Shown: positions 10,094 to 21,740 of the stretch, piece by piece | How positions within the stretch are numbered: the stretch's first letter is position 1 | Layout of the letters: the number at the start of each line of letters is the position of its first letter | Source of the DNA: Gammaproteobacteria bacterium | Lineage (GTDB): Bacteria > Pseudomonadota > Gammaproteobacteria > Steroidobacterales > UBA11654 | NCBI GenBank assembly: GCA_012965065.1 | Contig: DTSX01000112.1 | Span: forward strand, 23,883-63,695 | DNA length: 39,813 nt | Direction of reading: 5' to 3' | Notes under the pieces: generated by a model | What the model was told of the DNA's origin: nothing | Seen by the model: only the letters and a program-made list of their open reading frames with translations | Databases searched by the model: none | Position numbers and translations under genes: made by a program

Positions 10094-10106
10094 GATTACC
10101 TTTTTC

Positions 10107-10196
10107 TTATTTTTTTCCAGTTAAGCGAGAAATTATAAAATAAATCGCCAACGCAACTGCAAGGATTAACAATATTCTCAGCAGTCCGACAGACAT
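10107..10196 (-). CDS. Putative 29-aa single-transmembrane small protein
   Basis: MSVGLLRILLILAVALAIYFIISRLTGKK*. The ATG overlaps the yqaA stop (TAATG), and the ORF fills almost all of the intergenic gap. Confidence 0.65.
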   Translation of the reverse strand: MSVGLLRILLILAVALAIYFIISRLTGKK

Positions 10197-10780
10197 TACA
10201 ACGACTTATAAACGACAAATAGAACAAACAGTATTAAAAGCAACCAACCCAGCCTATCGATATTTCTTCGAATAGCCGGCATTCCTTTCTCTCCGCCAAA
10301 ATACGCAGCCCAGGCGACCAGATAAAATCTAATTCCCCTCGAAGCCACTGCAGCGGTGACAAAGAAAACAAAATTCAGATCCATTGCACCTGCAGTGATG
10401 GTAAATAGCCAGTAGGGAACAATTGAGATTCCAGCAACGAAAACCACACCAACCCCCCAAGTAGAAAACCAATCCATGGCTTGGATATAAGTCGATTGCA
10501 GTCCCAGGGCCGTAAACAGTTCCAAAGCATAATCGAGAGCAAAAAATCCAATGGCAAAGCCAATACAGCTGCCAAGAACCGAGCCGAGTAAAGTTATGCC
10601 GGCGTAGAACCAGGCCTTCTTGGGCTTTGACAGAGTCATGGGTACCAAAACAACATCGGGGGGTATTGGAATAAAAAACCAAGACTCAAAAAAACTGTGC
10701 AGGAAAAGAAAATAAATTGCTCTGGGTCTGGATGCGACCTCCAGTGCATAATTAAATATCTTGGTAAAAAGACGCTTCAT
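10196..10780 (-). CDS. yqaA: YqaA-like DedA/VTT family membrane protein
   Basis: FFESWFFIPIPPDVVLVPM and SRGIRFYL motifs, in the conserved position after surE. Confidence 0.88.
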   Translation of the reverse strand: MKRLFTKIFNYALEVASRPRAIYFLFLHSFFESWFFIPIPPDVVLVPMTLSKPKKAWFYAGITLLGSVLGSCIGFAIGFFALDYALELFTALGLQSTYIQAMDWFSTWGVGVVFVAGISIVPYWLFTITAGAMDLNFVFFVTAAVASRGIRFYLVAWAAYFGGEKGMPAIRRNIDRLGWLLLILFVLFVVYKSL

Positions 10781-11529
10781 AACAACTGACCATCAATCCA
10801 TTCTTGCAAATCCTTACCCACTGAATGCTCAGTAAAATCTGATATCAACGGTGTTATGGAAACGCAATCATGCTCAACGGCAAAAAAATCTGTGCCTTCT
10901 GAGCCATCTTTGGGTGGTGGGGGTGGTCCAAGCCAATAAACATTTTCACCAAAAAGGTCTTTGTCTGGCTTAAATAGATCGGGGACAGACCGCTTTCCCA
11001 ATCGAGTTATGGCATAACCCTGTACATTCTCAAAGGGGATATCCGGGATATTAACGTTTAAGGTTTTTGCTGGTACATTTGGGTTTTTTATTAAGGATTT
11101 AACTAGGTTATGAGCAACCTCTACTGCGGTATTCAAATGGATTGGTTTTCTATTTACAATCGATATAGCCAAGCACGGAACGTCAATAAAACGCCCTCCC
11201 ATGGCGGCACCAACGGTACCTGAGTACAAGACATCATCGCCTAAATTGGCCCCGAGATTTATCCCACTAATGACCAAATCGGGTCGACGATCGCAAATGG
11301 TTGTTGCTGCAAGATGGATGCAGTCGCATGGGGTTCCATTGACGTAATAACCGTTGTCTTGAAATTTTCTTATTCTTAAAGGATTTTTTATTGTCAATGA
11401 GCTGCTGGCCCCACTGCAATTGGTCTCTGGTGCAACGATGGTTAAATTTGCTAGATCCGATAATGCCGACTCAAGGGCTTTTATCCCCTTGGAATAGTAG
11501 CCATCGTCATTGCACAATAATATTTCCAT
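10777..11529 (-). CDS. surE: 5'/3'-nucleotidase SurE
   Basis: ILLCNDDG, GTPCDC and SGINLGANLGDDVLYSGTV. Confidence 0.97.
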   Translation of the reverse strand: MEILLCNDDGYYSKGIKALESALSDLANLTIVAPETNCSGASSSLTIKNPLRIRKFQDNGYYVNGTPCDCIHLAATTICDRRPDLVISGINLGANLGDDVLYSGTVGAAMGGRFIDVPCLAISIVNRKPIHLNTAVEVAHNLVKSLIKNPNVPAKTLNVNIPDIPFENVQGYAITRLGKRSVPDLFKPDKDLFGENVYWLGPPPPPKDGSEGTDFFAVEHDCVSITPLISDFTEHSVGKDLQEWIDGQLL

Positions 11530-11608
11530 AACGGGATTTTACAAAGATGTAACTAAGGATTCCATCCGTGCCTGATGTTCATCAGAAAACCAATAGTTAG
11601 CTGCCCAG

Positions 11609-11911
11609 TTAGTCATCCGTCTTTGCTTCCAAATCTGGTCTTGGCTTAGTTAGCAAATAAAACTCTTCGCCCTCTTTAATCATTCCAATGTCCTCTCTGG
11701 CTTTTTCTTCAATTGCCGAATAACCGTCTTTTAGATCTTTTATTTCCTCTCTGAGCTGAGAATTTCTAGAAACCATTTCATTGTTCTCTTTCTGCTGATC
11801 TTGAATTAGTTCTTTAATCTCAGCAACACGGGAGTAGCCGTCTTTGGTTAGCCAAATATTAACTTGCATCATCACTAGGAGAAGAACCAACAGTAAAGCT
11901 ATAAATTTCAT
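11609..11911 (-). CDS. ftsB: Cell division protein FtsB
   Basis: N-terminal TM segment, coiled coil and AIEEKAREDIGMIKEGEEFY; follows eno. Confidence 0.93.
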   Translation of the reverse strand: MKFIALLLVLLLVMMQVNIWLTKDGYSRVAEIKELIQDQQKENNEMVSRNSQLREEIKDLKDGYSAIEEKAREDIGMIKEGEEFYLLTKPRPDLEAKTDD

Positions 11912-11926
11912 GCAATCAGTCTGGTG

Positions 11927-13213
11927 CTATAAATCAAAAAGAGAGCTGAATGCGTTCTGGCCTAAATACACTGCGTCCTGGGCTAATATTTCTTCTATCC
12001 TGAGCAACCGATTGTATTTTTCCACCCGATCAGATCGAGACAATGAACCTGTCTTAATTTGTGTAGCTGAACTGCTTACTGCAATATCTGCAATTGTGGT
12101 ATCGGCTGTTTCTCCTGATCGATGCGAAATAATCGCAGTGTAGTTTGAGGATTCTGCCATCTCCAGTGCTGCAAATGTTTCGGTCAAGGTTCCAATCTGA
12201 TTGGGTTTGATTAATATTGAATTGGCTATACCCTTGTTGATTCCTTCTTGGAATATTTTGGTATTGGTTACAAACACATCGTCACCCACCAATTGAACTC
12301 GATCGCCAATTGATTGGGTCAATTTTTCCCAACCAGCCCAATCGTCTTCAGAAAGACCATCTTCAATACTGATGATCGGGTAATCGGTCGATATTTTAGT
12401 TAAATATTCAACAAATTCGTCGGAGTCAAATGTTTGGCCTGTGGATGAAAAATGGTATTTTCCGTCTTCACAGAATTCCGAAGCTGCAACATCAAGACCC
12501 AAATAAATATCCTTTCCAGACTGAAAACCAGCTAATTCTATGGCTTCCTGGATAGTGTCCAATGCTGCGATATTACTCGGAAGATTGGGGGCAAATCCAC
12601 CTTCATCTCCAACAGCCGTGCTGAGTCCTTGATTCTTCAATACTGACTTCAATGAATGAAATACCTCAACACCCAACCGCAGTGCTTCACTGAAACTGTC
12701 AGCACCGATGGGTAAAATCATAAACTCTTGGATGTCGATATTATTGTCTGCATGTTCACCGCCATTGATTATATTCATCTGAGGAACAGGCAAACCACAA
12801 TTGCTCGGGTTGAAGTACTGAAATAATTCTTTTCCTAAAAAAGACGCTGCAGAGTGGGCAGAAGCCAAGGAAACCGCCAATATTGCATTTGCACCCAATC
12901 TCGATTTATTTTCCGTGCCATCCAACTCAATGAGCGTTTTATCTATCTCATTCTGTTCCAATACAGATTTACCTATGAGTGTTTTTTGAATTTCAGTGTT
13001 GATGTTTGTAACTGCCGAATAAACACCTTTGCCGTGAAATTCAGGTCTATCCCTATCTCTTAACTCAACAGCCTCTCGACTACCGGTTGAAGCACCTGAG
13101 GGAACAGATGATTTGCCTCTGCTTCCATTTTCCAAGGTAATTTCAACCTCCACGGTTGGATTGCCTCTTGAATCTAAAATTTGCCTGCCATGTATTGATT
13201 TAATTTCTGACAT
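11927..13213 (-). CDS. eno: Enolase
   Basis: [31 protein letters not shown] and SHRSGET. Confidence 0.98.
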   Translation of the reverse strand: MSEIKSIHGRQILDSRGNPTVEVEITLENGSRGKSSVPSGASTGSREAVELRDRDRPEFHGKGVYSAVTNINTEIQKTLIGKSVLEQNEIDKTLIELDGTENKSRLGANAILAVSLASAHSAASFLGKELFQYFNPSNCGLPVPQMNIINGGEHADNNIDIQEFMILPIGADSFSEALRLGVEVFHSLKSVLKNQGLSTAVGDEGGFAPNLPSNIAALDTIQEAIELAGFQSGKDIYLGLDVAASEFCEDGKYHFSSTGQTFDSDEFVEYLTKISTDYPIISIEDGLSEDDWAGWEKLTQSIGDRVQLVGDDVFVTNTKIFQEGINKGIANSILIKPNQIGTLTETFAALEMAESSNYTAIISHRSGETADTTIADIAVSSSATQIKTGSLSRSDRVEKYNRLLRIEEILAQDAVYLGQNAFSSLFDL

Positions 13214-13252
13214 TTAAAACCCTATCTGATTGTCTGTGAGTTTTTTCAACAA

Positions 13253-14074
13253 TCAGTTGTCTTGCTTAACGATCGTATCGATCTCTTTTAAAACATGTAA
13301 AAGTGGGGCCAACTGATTGAGTGGCAACGAATTGGGTCCATCGCTGAGTGCCTTGTCAGGATCAGGATGTGTCTCCATGAAAATACCTGCAACACCGGTG
13401 GCAACTGCAGCTCTGGCCAATGCCGGAATGTATTCTTTCTGGCCTCCTGAAGAAGATCCTTGACCACCCGGGAGTTGCAGTGAATGTGTGGAATCAAAGA
13501 TGACAGGGCAACCGGTTTCCCTAAGAATAATTAAAGAACGCATGTCAGCAACCAAGTTGTTGTAGCCAAAGCTATAGCCTCTCTCACAAACTAATACATT
13601 CTCATTGTTCACCGATTTGGCCTTGTCTACGACATTCTGCATTTCCCAAGGCGAGAGGAATTGGCCTTTTTTGATATTCATAGGTTTGTTTTGTTTGGCA
13701 ACATTTAGAATGAAATTGGTTTGCCTGCATAAAAACGCAGGTGTCTGCAGGACATCAACCACCGAGGCAACCTCCTCCAGAGGGGTATCCTCATGAACAT
13801 CAGTCAAAACCGGCACCCCAATGGTTTGCTTAATGCTTTCCAAAATGCGGAGGCCTTCTTCTACACCTGGGCCTCTATAGCTTGACACAGAACTTCTGTT
13901 GGCCTTGTCAAAAGATGATTTGTATATGAATGGTATCTCCAGTTTCTTGGTGATTTCTGCAATACTGCCAGCAACATCGTGAGCAAGACCGGCCGATTCT
14001 ATAACACAAGGTCCTGCTATCAGGAGCATAGGCAGTTTATTACCCACATTAATATTTCCAATTTTAATCGTCAT
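13253..14074 (-). CDS. kdsA: KDO8P synthase (3-deoxy-8-phosphooctulonate synthase)
   Basis: [16 protein letters not shown] and IKKGQF. Confidence 0.97.
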   Translation of the reverse strand: MTIKIGNINVGNKLPMLLIAGPCVIESAGLAHDVAGSIAEITKKLEIPFIYKSSFDKANRSSVSSYRGPGVEEGLRILESIKQTIGVPVLTDVHEDTPLEEVASVVDVLQTPAFLCRQTNFILNVAKQNKPMNIKKGQFLSPWEMQNVVDKAKSVNNENVLVCERGYSFGYNNLVADMRSLIILRETGCPVIFDSTHSLQLPGGQGSSSGGQKEYIPALARAAVATGVAGIFMETHPDPDKALSDGPNSLPLNQLAPLLHVLKEIDTIVKQDN

Positions 14075-14135
14075 TTTTTAACTCTTTATATTTTGATTTT
14101 ACCAAGAATCAGCTTTTTGATTGAACCAGTTTAAC

Positions 14136-15779
<1,644 letters not shown>

Positions 15780-15795
15780 TTATTTTTCTTTTGGG

Positions 15796-15824
15796 ATTTT
15801 ATTATTTATATTGGGGAATCCCAA
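15796..15824 (-). promoter_or_regulatory. Putative sigma70 promoter of pyrG-kdsA-eno
   Basis: Minus strand TTGGGA (15819-15824), 17-nt spacer, TAAAAT (15796-15801), overlapped by inverted repeats. Confidence 0.5.
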
Positions 15825-15876
15825 TACCAATATCCCGGTATTTGAAGTTAACAGATATTGTCAGATTGGACAATCA

Positions 15877-17226
15877 TCAATTGTGTTTTATGGTGATGTT
15901 TCTGATCCAATTCACCATAAAACCATCCTCGTCTGTCGATGCAGTGTAATTCCGGTTAAACCAAAGATCACCCACACTGATTAATTCACTTTTTTGGTAA
16001 ATCAGAGGAATTTTATCTCTAACCCATGGAAGTATGTGATTCTCTTGAAAAAGTTTTTTAAGTTTCTTAGTTATTTTATGCCCCACAGGTTGTATTGATT
16101 CGCCTCCCTTGCGAAACTGTACATCAAGATTTTTATTGCACTTTTTGAGCGATAGACCTTGACCTTTGACCATAATCGCCGTCAAGGTGCTGCCGTTTTC
16201 ATCCAATACTAAAGGTTTATCAATGGACCAATTCATCGATCTATTGCTTTGATTTGGCTGTAATTCTGACAGTTTCAGAAAATAGAGCTTATCAAGATAC
16301 CGTTTAATGCAATAATCGCCCCAAACCATGGATGGGTTGACAGATTTTGGATTCAAAAGTGTATTGGTTCCAGAATTTAAGACTTTCATGGAGGGAACTG
16401 GAATTTCATTTTTCAAGATCATAAAACGGATGATATTAATAACTCGTCCAATTGATTTATTGTTGAACACTTCAATGTCTAAATTTTTAACCGGGTAGTT
16501 GAAACCTAAATCTTGTACGGCCAGCTCCTTCAACAAAGTCGATGTTTGGGTGGAAATATCTGATAGCCTTGAAACGGAACTTGAAAAAGTTGGCCATCTC
16601 TCCTTAAGCGTTGGAATTACCTTCATCCGCAAAAAATTTCGGTCGAAATAGGTTTCCTGATTGCTGGTATCCACCACCCAATCCAATTGTTTTTTCCTGG
16701 CATACGTGAGTATCTCATTTTTGGTAACATCCAAAAGGGGCCGCAAAATGTTTCCTCTTCCAAACTTAAATTGTTTTTGAATCCCTTGAAGACCCTCAAT
16801 TCCAGTACCTCTAGCCATCCGTAATAGTATTGTTTCCAATTGATCATCTTGGTGATGTGCGGTCATTAACCACTCTCCTTCTTGGATTGACTTTTGTAAT
16901 TTGTGATATCTGGCTTTTCGCGCTGCGGCTTCTATGCCAAAACCCTCTGTGGTACTTACCTTGACAGAATGGATATCTATTTGGATTTGGCTTTGATCAC
17001 ATGTTTTTTTACAGAAGTCTGCCCAACTTTGAGAGTCCTTAACTAAATTGTGATTAATATGAATTGCTCTGATGAAAATATCCTTGCCTACAACTTGATT
17101 TAAAGCATTAAGCAGCACGATGGAATCGACTCCCCCGCTTAATGAAACACAAATTTTTTTGATGTTGTGTGCTTGAATGTGGTGCTTTAAGGTCTCTTCA
17201 ATATTCTGGCTTTCGGTTTCAACCAT
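15877..17226 (-). CDS. tilS: tRNA(Ile)-lysidine synthetase
   Basis: SGGVDS PP-loop, AHHQDDQLET, RPLL and RNFLR; follows accA. Confidence 0.96.
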   Translation of the reverse strand: MVETESQNIEETLKHHIQAHNIKKICVSLSGGVDSIVLLNALNQVVGKDIFIRAIHINHNLVKDSQSWADFCKKTCDQSQIQIDIHSVKVSTTEGFGIEAAARKARYHKLQKSIQEGEWLMTAHHQDDQLETILLRMARGTGIEGLQGIQKQFKFGRGNILRPLLDVTKNEILTYARKKQLDWVVDTSNQETYFDRNFLRMKVIPTLKERWPTFSSSVSRLSDISTQTSTLLKELAVQDLGFNYPVKNLDIEVFNNKSIGRVINIIRFMILKNEIPVPSMKVLNSGTNTLLNPKSVNPSMVWGDYCIKRYLDKLYFLKLSELQPNQSNRSMNWSIDKPLVLDENGSTLTAIMVKGQGLSLKKCNKNLDVQFRKGGESIQPVGHKITKKLKKLFQENHILPWVRDKIPLIYQKSELISVGDLWFNRNYTASTDEDGFMVNWIRNITIKHN

Positions 17227-17229
17227 CAG

Positions 17230-18189
17230 CTAGATCTCCTGAAATTCACCAATCGCTCTAAACTTCTTCCGACGACGATCTATAAGATCATCCAATGCCA
17301 GATTTTTCAACAACTGGACTTCATCGACGACGGCACTAGCAATGTCCTTATACATCAATTCTGGATCCCGGTGAAACCCTCCCAAGGGCTCTGGAATTAC
17401 TCGGTCGATAATGTCAAACTTTGATAGCCTTTTGGCTGAAATACCCATCGCATCCGCCGCAGCTTCAACCTCTTTTGGGTTCCTCCAAAGAATTGAAGAG
17501 CATGCTTCAGGCGATATCACTGAATAGATACTGTATTGCAACATCAAAAGCGAATCGCCCATCCCAATTGCCAAGGCACCTCCAGATCCACCTTCACCTA
17601 TTACCAGATTGATAATGGGAGTTCTGAGTGAAGCCAGGGTGAAGAGATTGCTGGCAATTGCCCCACTCTGCCCCCGTTCCTCTGCTCCGATACCTGGATA
17701 AGCGCCTGGAGTGTCTATGATGGTGACAATAGGCATTGAAAATTTTTCAGCAAGTTTCATCAACCTCTGCGCTTTTCGGTAACCCTCAGGTTTCGGCATT
17801 CCATAGTTCCTAAAAATTCTTGATTTCGTATCTTGACCCTTTTCCTGAGCGATGAACATAAGTGATAGATTCTCTATTGTCCCTAATCCAGAAACAATAG
17901 CTGCATCATCTGCATACATCCTATCACCATGCAATTCCTTAAAATCGGGAACTATGGCCTGGATCACATCTAGAGCTTTTGGCCTTTCTGGATGTCTTGC
18001 CAGTTGAGCTATTTGCCATTCGGACAAGTTAGAAAATATTTCCTTGGTTAAGGTTTCATATTTTCTAATTAAATTATCTATTTCATGATCCAGATCAACA
18101 GAAGATTCTGAATCAGCAGCAGTCAATTTAAGCTTTTCAATTCGCTTTTCTAATTCTATAATCGGCTGCTCAAAATCTAAAAAATCCAT
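17230..18189 (-). CDS. accA: Acetyl-CoA carboxylase carboxyltransferase alpha subunit
   Basis: FLDFEQPI, ARHPERP, IDTPGAYPGIGAEERGQ and GEGGSGGALA. Start is ATG 18189 or GTG 18198. Confidence 0.97.
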   Translation of the reverse strand: MDFLDFEQPIIELEKRIEKLKLTAADSESSVDLDHEIDNLIRKYETLTKEIFSNLSEWQIAQLARHPERPKALDVIQAIVPDFKELHGDRMYADDAAIVSGLGTIENLSLMFIAQEKGQDTKSRIFRNYGMPKPEGYRKAQRLMKLAEKFSMPIVTIIDTPGAYPGIGAEERGQSGAIASNLFTLASLRTPIINLVIGEGGSGGALAIGMGDSLLMLQYSIYSVISPEACSSILWRNPKEVEAAADAMGISAKRLSKFDIIDRVIPEPLGGFHRDPELMYKDIASAVVDEVQLLKNLALDDLIDRRRKKFRAIGEFQEI

Positions 18190-18268
18190 GGTGCACACTG
18201 TTTAATTGCAACGTTAATCCTATTCTACAATAGAATCGGTAAAAAAAGATTTAAAGCAAAGTTGGGAT

Positions 18269-21200
18269 TTAGTTGTCGGTTAGAAACTGAAAATTCCCTG
18301 AACCAAACTCAACTGTCAATTGGTCTCGAAGTTCCTTGGTTGCATTTACAGTCCATTCCTCACTCAACTGCAACCTATAAACGTCTATATCTGTCTTGTA
18401 GTGAATATTAACTTTACAGGATCCAGGAATATGGGCTTGGAGTATTGATTTTAGTTTATCAGGATCAAATTTTGTGCCGCACTTAATCAACAAAGTGTTT
18501 GCCTTCTTTTCTATTAACTGGTCTAGCCCATTGATTGCTTCTGCAACAAACTGCCATCTATCAGCATAGGCATCAAATCTAAGATTTCCTTTAAGATGAA
18601 GTACAGCATTTTCAACAAGCAAATCCCTAAAATTGTCTTTACGCTCTCCAAAGACAATTACATCGATTGTTGCGGTACCATCATCGAGTTTAAATATGAG
18701 ATTTTCCCCCCTCCGTTTCAATCCAGTGACCAGACCAGCAAGTTCTATCGTGTTTTTCTGGTTGGATCTAAATGACCCGTTGCTCGCTTCCATGGCAGCT
18801 TTTAATTTATCTAGTGGTGACTTAGTTATGTGGAGGCAATCTTTCCGGTAAGGGTCAAACGGATGGCCACTAAAATAAAAACCTAGACTTTGATATTCAT
18901 TGTGCAGTAAAACATTCAATTTCCATTCCTTTTTTCTCCTGAGTTTAGGAAGTGTTTGGAATTGATCTGTGTCTGAGTAAAACAAACTGTTTTGTCCGGA
19001 TTCCCGATCCATGGCTTTCTTATTTGAATAATTTAACCCGATCTCAATTGAATTGTTCAATGTTGATCTGTTTTCTTCCAAGCAATCTAAAGCACCGCTG
19101 TTAATTAATGCTTCAATCGTACGTTTAGACAATTTCTGCTCAGCGAGCCGTGAACAAAAGTCAAAAAAGTCTAGATAGCTGCCTTTGGTTAATCTTTCGT
19201 TGGTGATTGCTTCAGCAGCGTATTTGCCAATGCCTTTAATTGCCCCCAAACCATATCTGAGTGTTCTAGCGTCTTCGACAACAAAATCATAGCTGGAATG
19301 ATTAACACTAGGGGTCAAAATATCTAATTTAAAATCATAACAGTCCCCTTTTAATTGGATTAGTTTATCGGTGTTGTCAATATCTGCGGTCATTGAAGCG
19401 GCCATAAATTCTGCAAGATAATGAGTTTTCAACCACGCTGTTTGATAGGCAATTAGGGCGTATGAAACAGAGTGAGACTTGTTAAAACCATACCCTGCAA
19501 ATTTTTCTATGAGGTCATATATTCTTCTAGCAGTGCTTTCCTTGACGTTGTTGTCAATTGCACCCTGAATAAAAACACCTCTCTGCTTACTCATCTCTTC
19601 AGGAATTTTTTTACCCATTGCTTTCCGAAGTATGTCGGCACTGCCTTGAGAATAATTAGCTAACTTTTGTGCTATTTGCATAACCTGCTCTTGATAAACA
19701 ATCACTCCATATGTCGTTCTTAGAACTTGTTCCAACATTGGGTGGAAAGTGTTGACAAGGTTCAAATGGCCAGCTGCTTTTCTTTCAATGAAAAGATCTG
19801 CCATTCCCGATTGAAGGGGACCAGGTCGGAAAAGCGCAACCAAAGCCACGAGGTCATCAAATTCTGATGGCTGCATTCGCTTGATCAATTCTCTCATGCC
19901 TATCGATTCCAGCTGGAAGATTCCTACAGTTTTGGTTGAAGATAACAATTTGTATGTTTCAGAATCATTTGTGGGTATGGCTCGAATATCAATGCTTTTC
20001 TCTCCAGCTGCAATTAATTTTTCATTGATGAGTTCGACTGCATTTTGGATTACAGTGAGTGTTTTAAGTCCTAAAAAATCAAACTTAATGAGCCCAATCG
20101 ATTCGACATCATCTTTGTCAAATTGGGTGACAGTACCTGCTTCGCCCTCAACTTTATAAAGGGGCATAAAATCTGACAGATTTGAAGGTGCTATAACAAC
20201 ACCACCAGCATGCTTGCCGGCATTCCTTATCAAACCCTCTAGCTTGAGAGCCAAGTTAATAAGTGCTTGAACATCCTGTTCTTTTTCATACCTTTCACTC
20301 AGTGCGGGTTCTTTCTTTAGCGCCGACTTAATAGTGATTCCAATATCGAAAGGAATTAATTTTGCAATTTGATCAACCATCCCATAGGGGTAACCAAGTA
20401 TCCTGCCAACATCCCTGACAACTGCTTTTGCAGACATTGTTCCGTAGGTTATGATTTGAGAGACCATTTCTGATCCGTATCGATTGGATACATAATCGAT
20501 AACTCGGTCTCTGCCATTCACACAAAAGTCAATGTCGAAGTCTGGCAGTTGCCCCATCGAAACCCTCTCTGGATTCAGAAATCGCTCAAAAAGCAAATCG
20601 TATTTCATGGGATCAACGTCAGTAATGCCTAAACAAAAGGCGACTAAGGAACTGGGTCCTGAGCCTCTTCCCGGACCAACAGGTATGTTTTCTGATCTAG
20701 ACCATTGAATGAAATCAGCAACGATCAAAAAATAGCCTGAAAATCCTGTGGAGTGGATAATCTTGAGTTCATTTTCCAGTCTCTGAGTATAGGCTTCTTT
20801 TACCTCCTTGGTTGCAAGTGGAATTTGTTCTAAACCTTTATTCGCTGCTTTAATTAGAAAATTCTCTATTGTTTGTCCTTTTGGGACAGAGTAAGCAGGC
20901 AGTGCAGTCTGACCGGTAGTAAATTGAAAATTACATTTCTTGGCAAGATTTACCGTGTTGGTGACCGCCTCGGGTATATCTGAAAACAAATCAGCCATTT
21001 CTTTTTTGGTTTTGAAATATTGTTCAGTCGTGTATTCCCTAACCCGATTTGTGTTATCGATTACATCACCACGATCAATGCATACTCTTGCGTCCAAAGA
21101 CAAATAATCGTCCTGATTTAGGAATCTTGGGTTGTTACCTGCCAACAGAGGGACTTCGGCCAAGGAAGCAATTTCAACTGTTTTTTCCAGTAACTCTTCG

Positions 21201-21739
21201 TCCCTATTTCCCCCTAATTTGTGAATTTGGAGAAACAAATCTTCGGGGAAAATAAGTTGTAATCTTTCTACCTGTTTAGAAGCAGTTCTGGATTTTTCGG
21301 ATAAAAGTAGGTTCTGAATAAAGCCGTTGTAACCTCCTGATATTGCAACAAGACCTAAAGTGCTTTTACCATCCAGCCAATCAATATCGACCAAGACCTT
21401 GCCTTTATGGTAACCCTCCAGATACGATCGAGTAATCAAGTTTGATAAATTCTTATACCCAGTGGTGTTTTTACAAAGCAATATTAGTTTTGAAATTCTT
21501 TCTGATGCCCCTGGATGGATTGATACGGTTGCACCAATAATTGGTTTGATACCAATTTCAATTGCTCTTTTGTAGAACTTGAATGCCGCAAATAGATTAT
21601 TATCATCGGCAATTCCCAAGGCTGGCATCTGGTATTCAAGAGATTTTTCCAGCAAACCTTCAATTCGAATAACACTCTGACCTATTGAATATTCTGAATT
21701 AACATCCAGGTGAACAAATATTGGCTCCTCTTTAGCCAT
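18269..21739 (-). CDS. dnaE: DNA polymerase III alpha subunit
   Basis: PHP domain, GPGRGS, PDFDIDF, KFDFLGL, YQEQVMQ, GFNKSH and a C-terminal OB fold. No intein. Confidence 0.98.
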   Translation of the reverse strand: MAKEEPIFVHLDVNSEYSIGQSVIRIEGLLEKSLEYQMPALGIADDNNLFAAFKFYKRAIEIGIKPIIGATVSIHPGASERISKLILLCKNTTGYKNLSNLITRSYLEGYHKGKVLVDIDWLDGKSTLGLVAISGGYNGFIQNLLLSEKSRTASKQVERLQLIFPEDLFLQIHKLGGNRDEELLEKTVEIASLAEVPLLAGNNPRFLNQDDYLSLDARVCIDRGDVIDNTNRVREYTTEQYFKTKKEMADLFSDIPEAVTNTVNLAKKCNFQFTTGQTALPAYSVPKGQTIENFLIKAANKGLEQIPLATKEVKEAYTQRLENELKIIHSTGFSGYFLIVADFIQWSRSENIPVGPGRGSGPSSLVAFCLGITDVDPMKYDLLFERFLNPERVSMGQLPDFDIDFCVNGRDRVIDYVSNRYGSEMVSQIITYGTMSAKAVVRDVGRILGYPYGMVDQIAKLIPFDIGITIKSALKKEPALSERYEKEQDVQALINLALKLEGLIRNAGKHAGGVVIAPSNLSDFMPLYKVEGEAGTVTQFDKDDVESIGLIKFDFLGLKTLTVIQNAVELINEKLIAAGEKSIDIRAIPTNDSETYKLLSSTKTVGIFQLESIGMRELIKRMQPSEFDDLVALVALFRPGPLQSGMADLFIERKAAGHLNLVNTFHPMLEQVLRTTYGVIVYQEQVMQIAQKLANYSQGSADILRKAMGKKIPEEMSKQRGVFIQGAIDNNVKESTARRIYDLIEKFAGYGFNKSHSVSYALIAYQTAWLKTHYLAEFMAASMTADIDNTDKLIQLKGDCYDFKLDILTPSVNHSSYDFVVEDARTLRYGLGAIKGIGKYAAEAITNERLTKGSYLDFFDFCSRLAEQKLSKRTIEALINSGALDCLEENRSTLNNSIEIGLNYSNKKAMDRESGQNSLFYSDTDQFQTLPKLRRKKEWKLNVLLHNEYQSLGFYFSGHPFDPYRKDCLHITKSPLDKLKAAMEASNGSFRSNQKNTIELAGLVTGLKRRGENLIFKLDDGTATIDVIVFGERKDNFRDLLVENAVLHLKGNLRFDAYADRWQFVAEAINGLDQLIEKKANTLLIKCGTKFDPDKLKSILQAHIPGSCKVNIHYKTDIDVYRLQLSEEWTVNATKELRDQLTVEFGSGNFQFLTDN

Positions 21740-21740
21740 A

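Noticed and set aside
18222-18236. ATTCTA-caa-TAGAAT hairpin between dnaE and accA
   Set aside because: The 6-bp AT-rich stem is too weak for a terminator. It may only reflect a TAGAAT -10 box, and there is no supporting -35.
18269-21739. Intein or split dnaE
   Set aside because: The length (1156 aa) is normal and the AGYGFNKSH region is uninterrupted.
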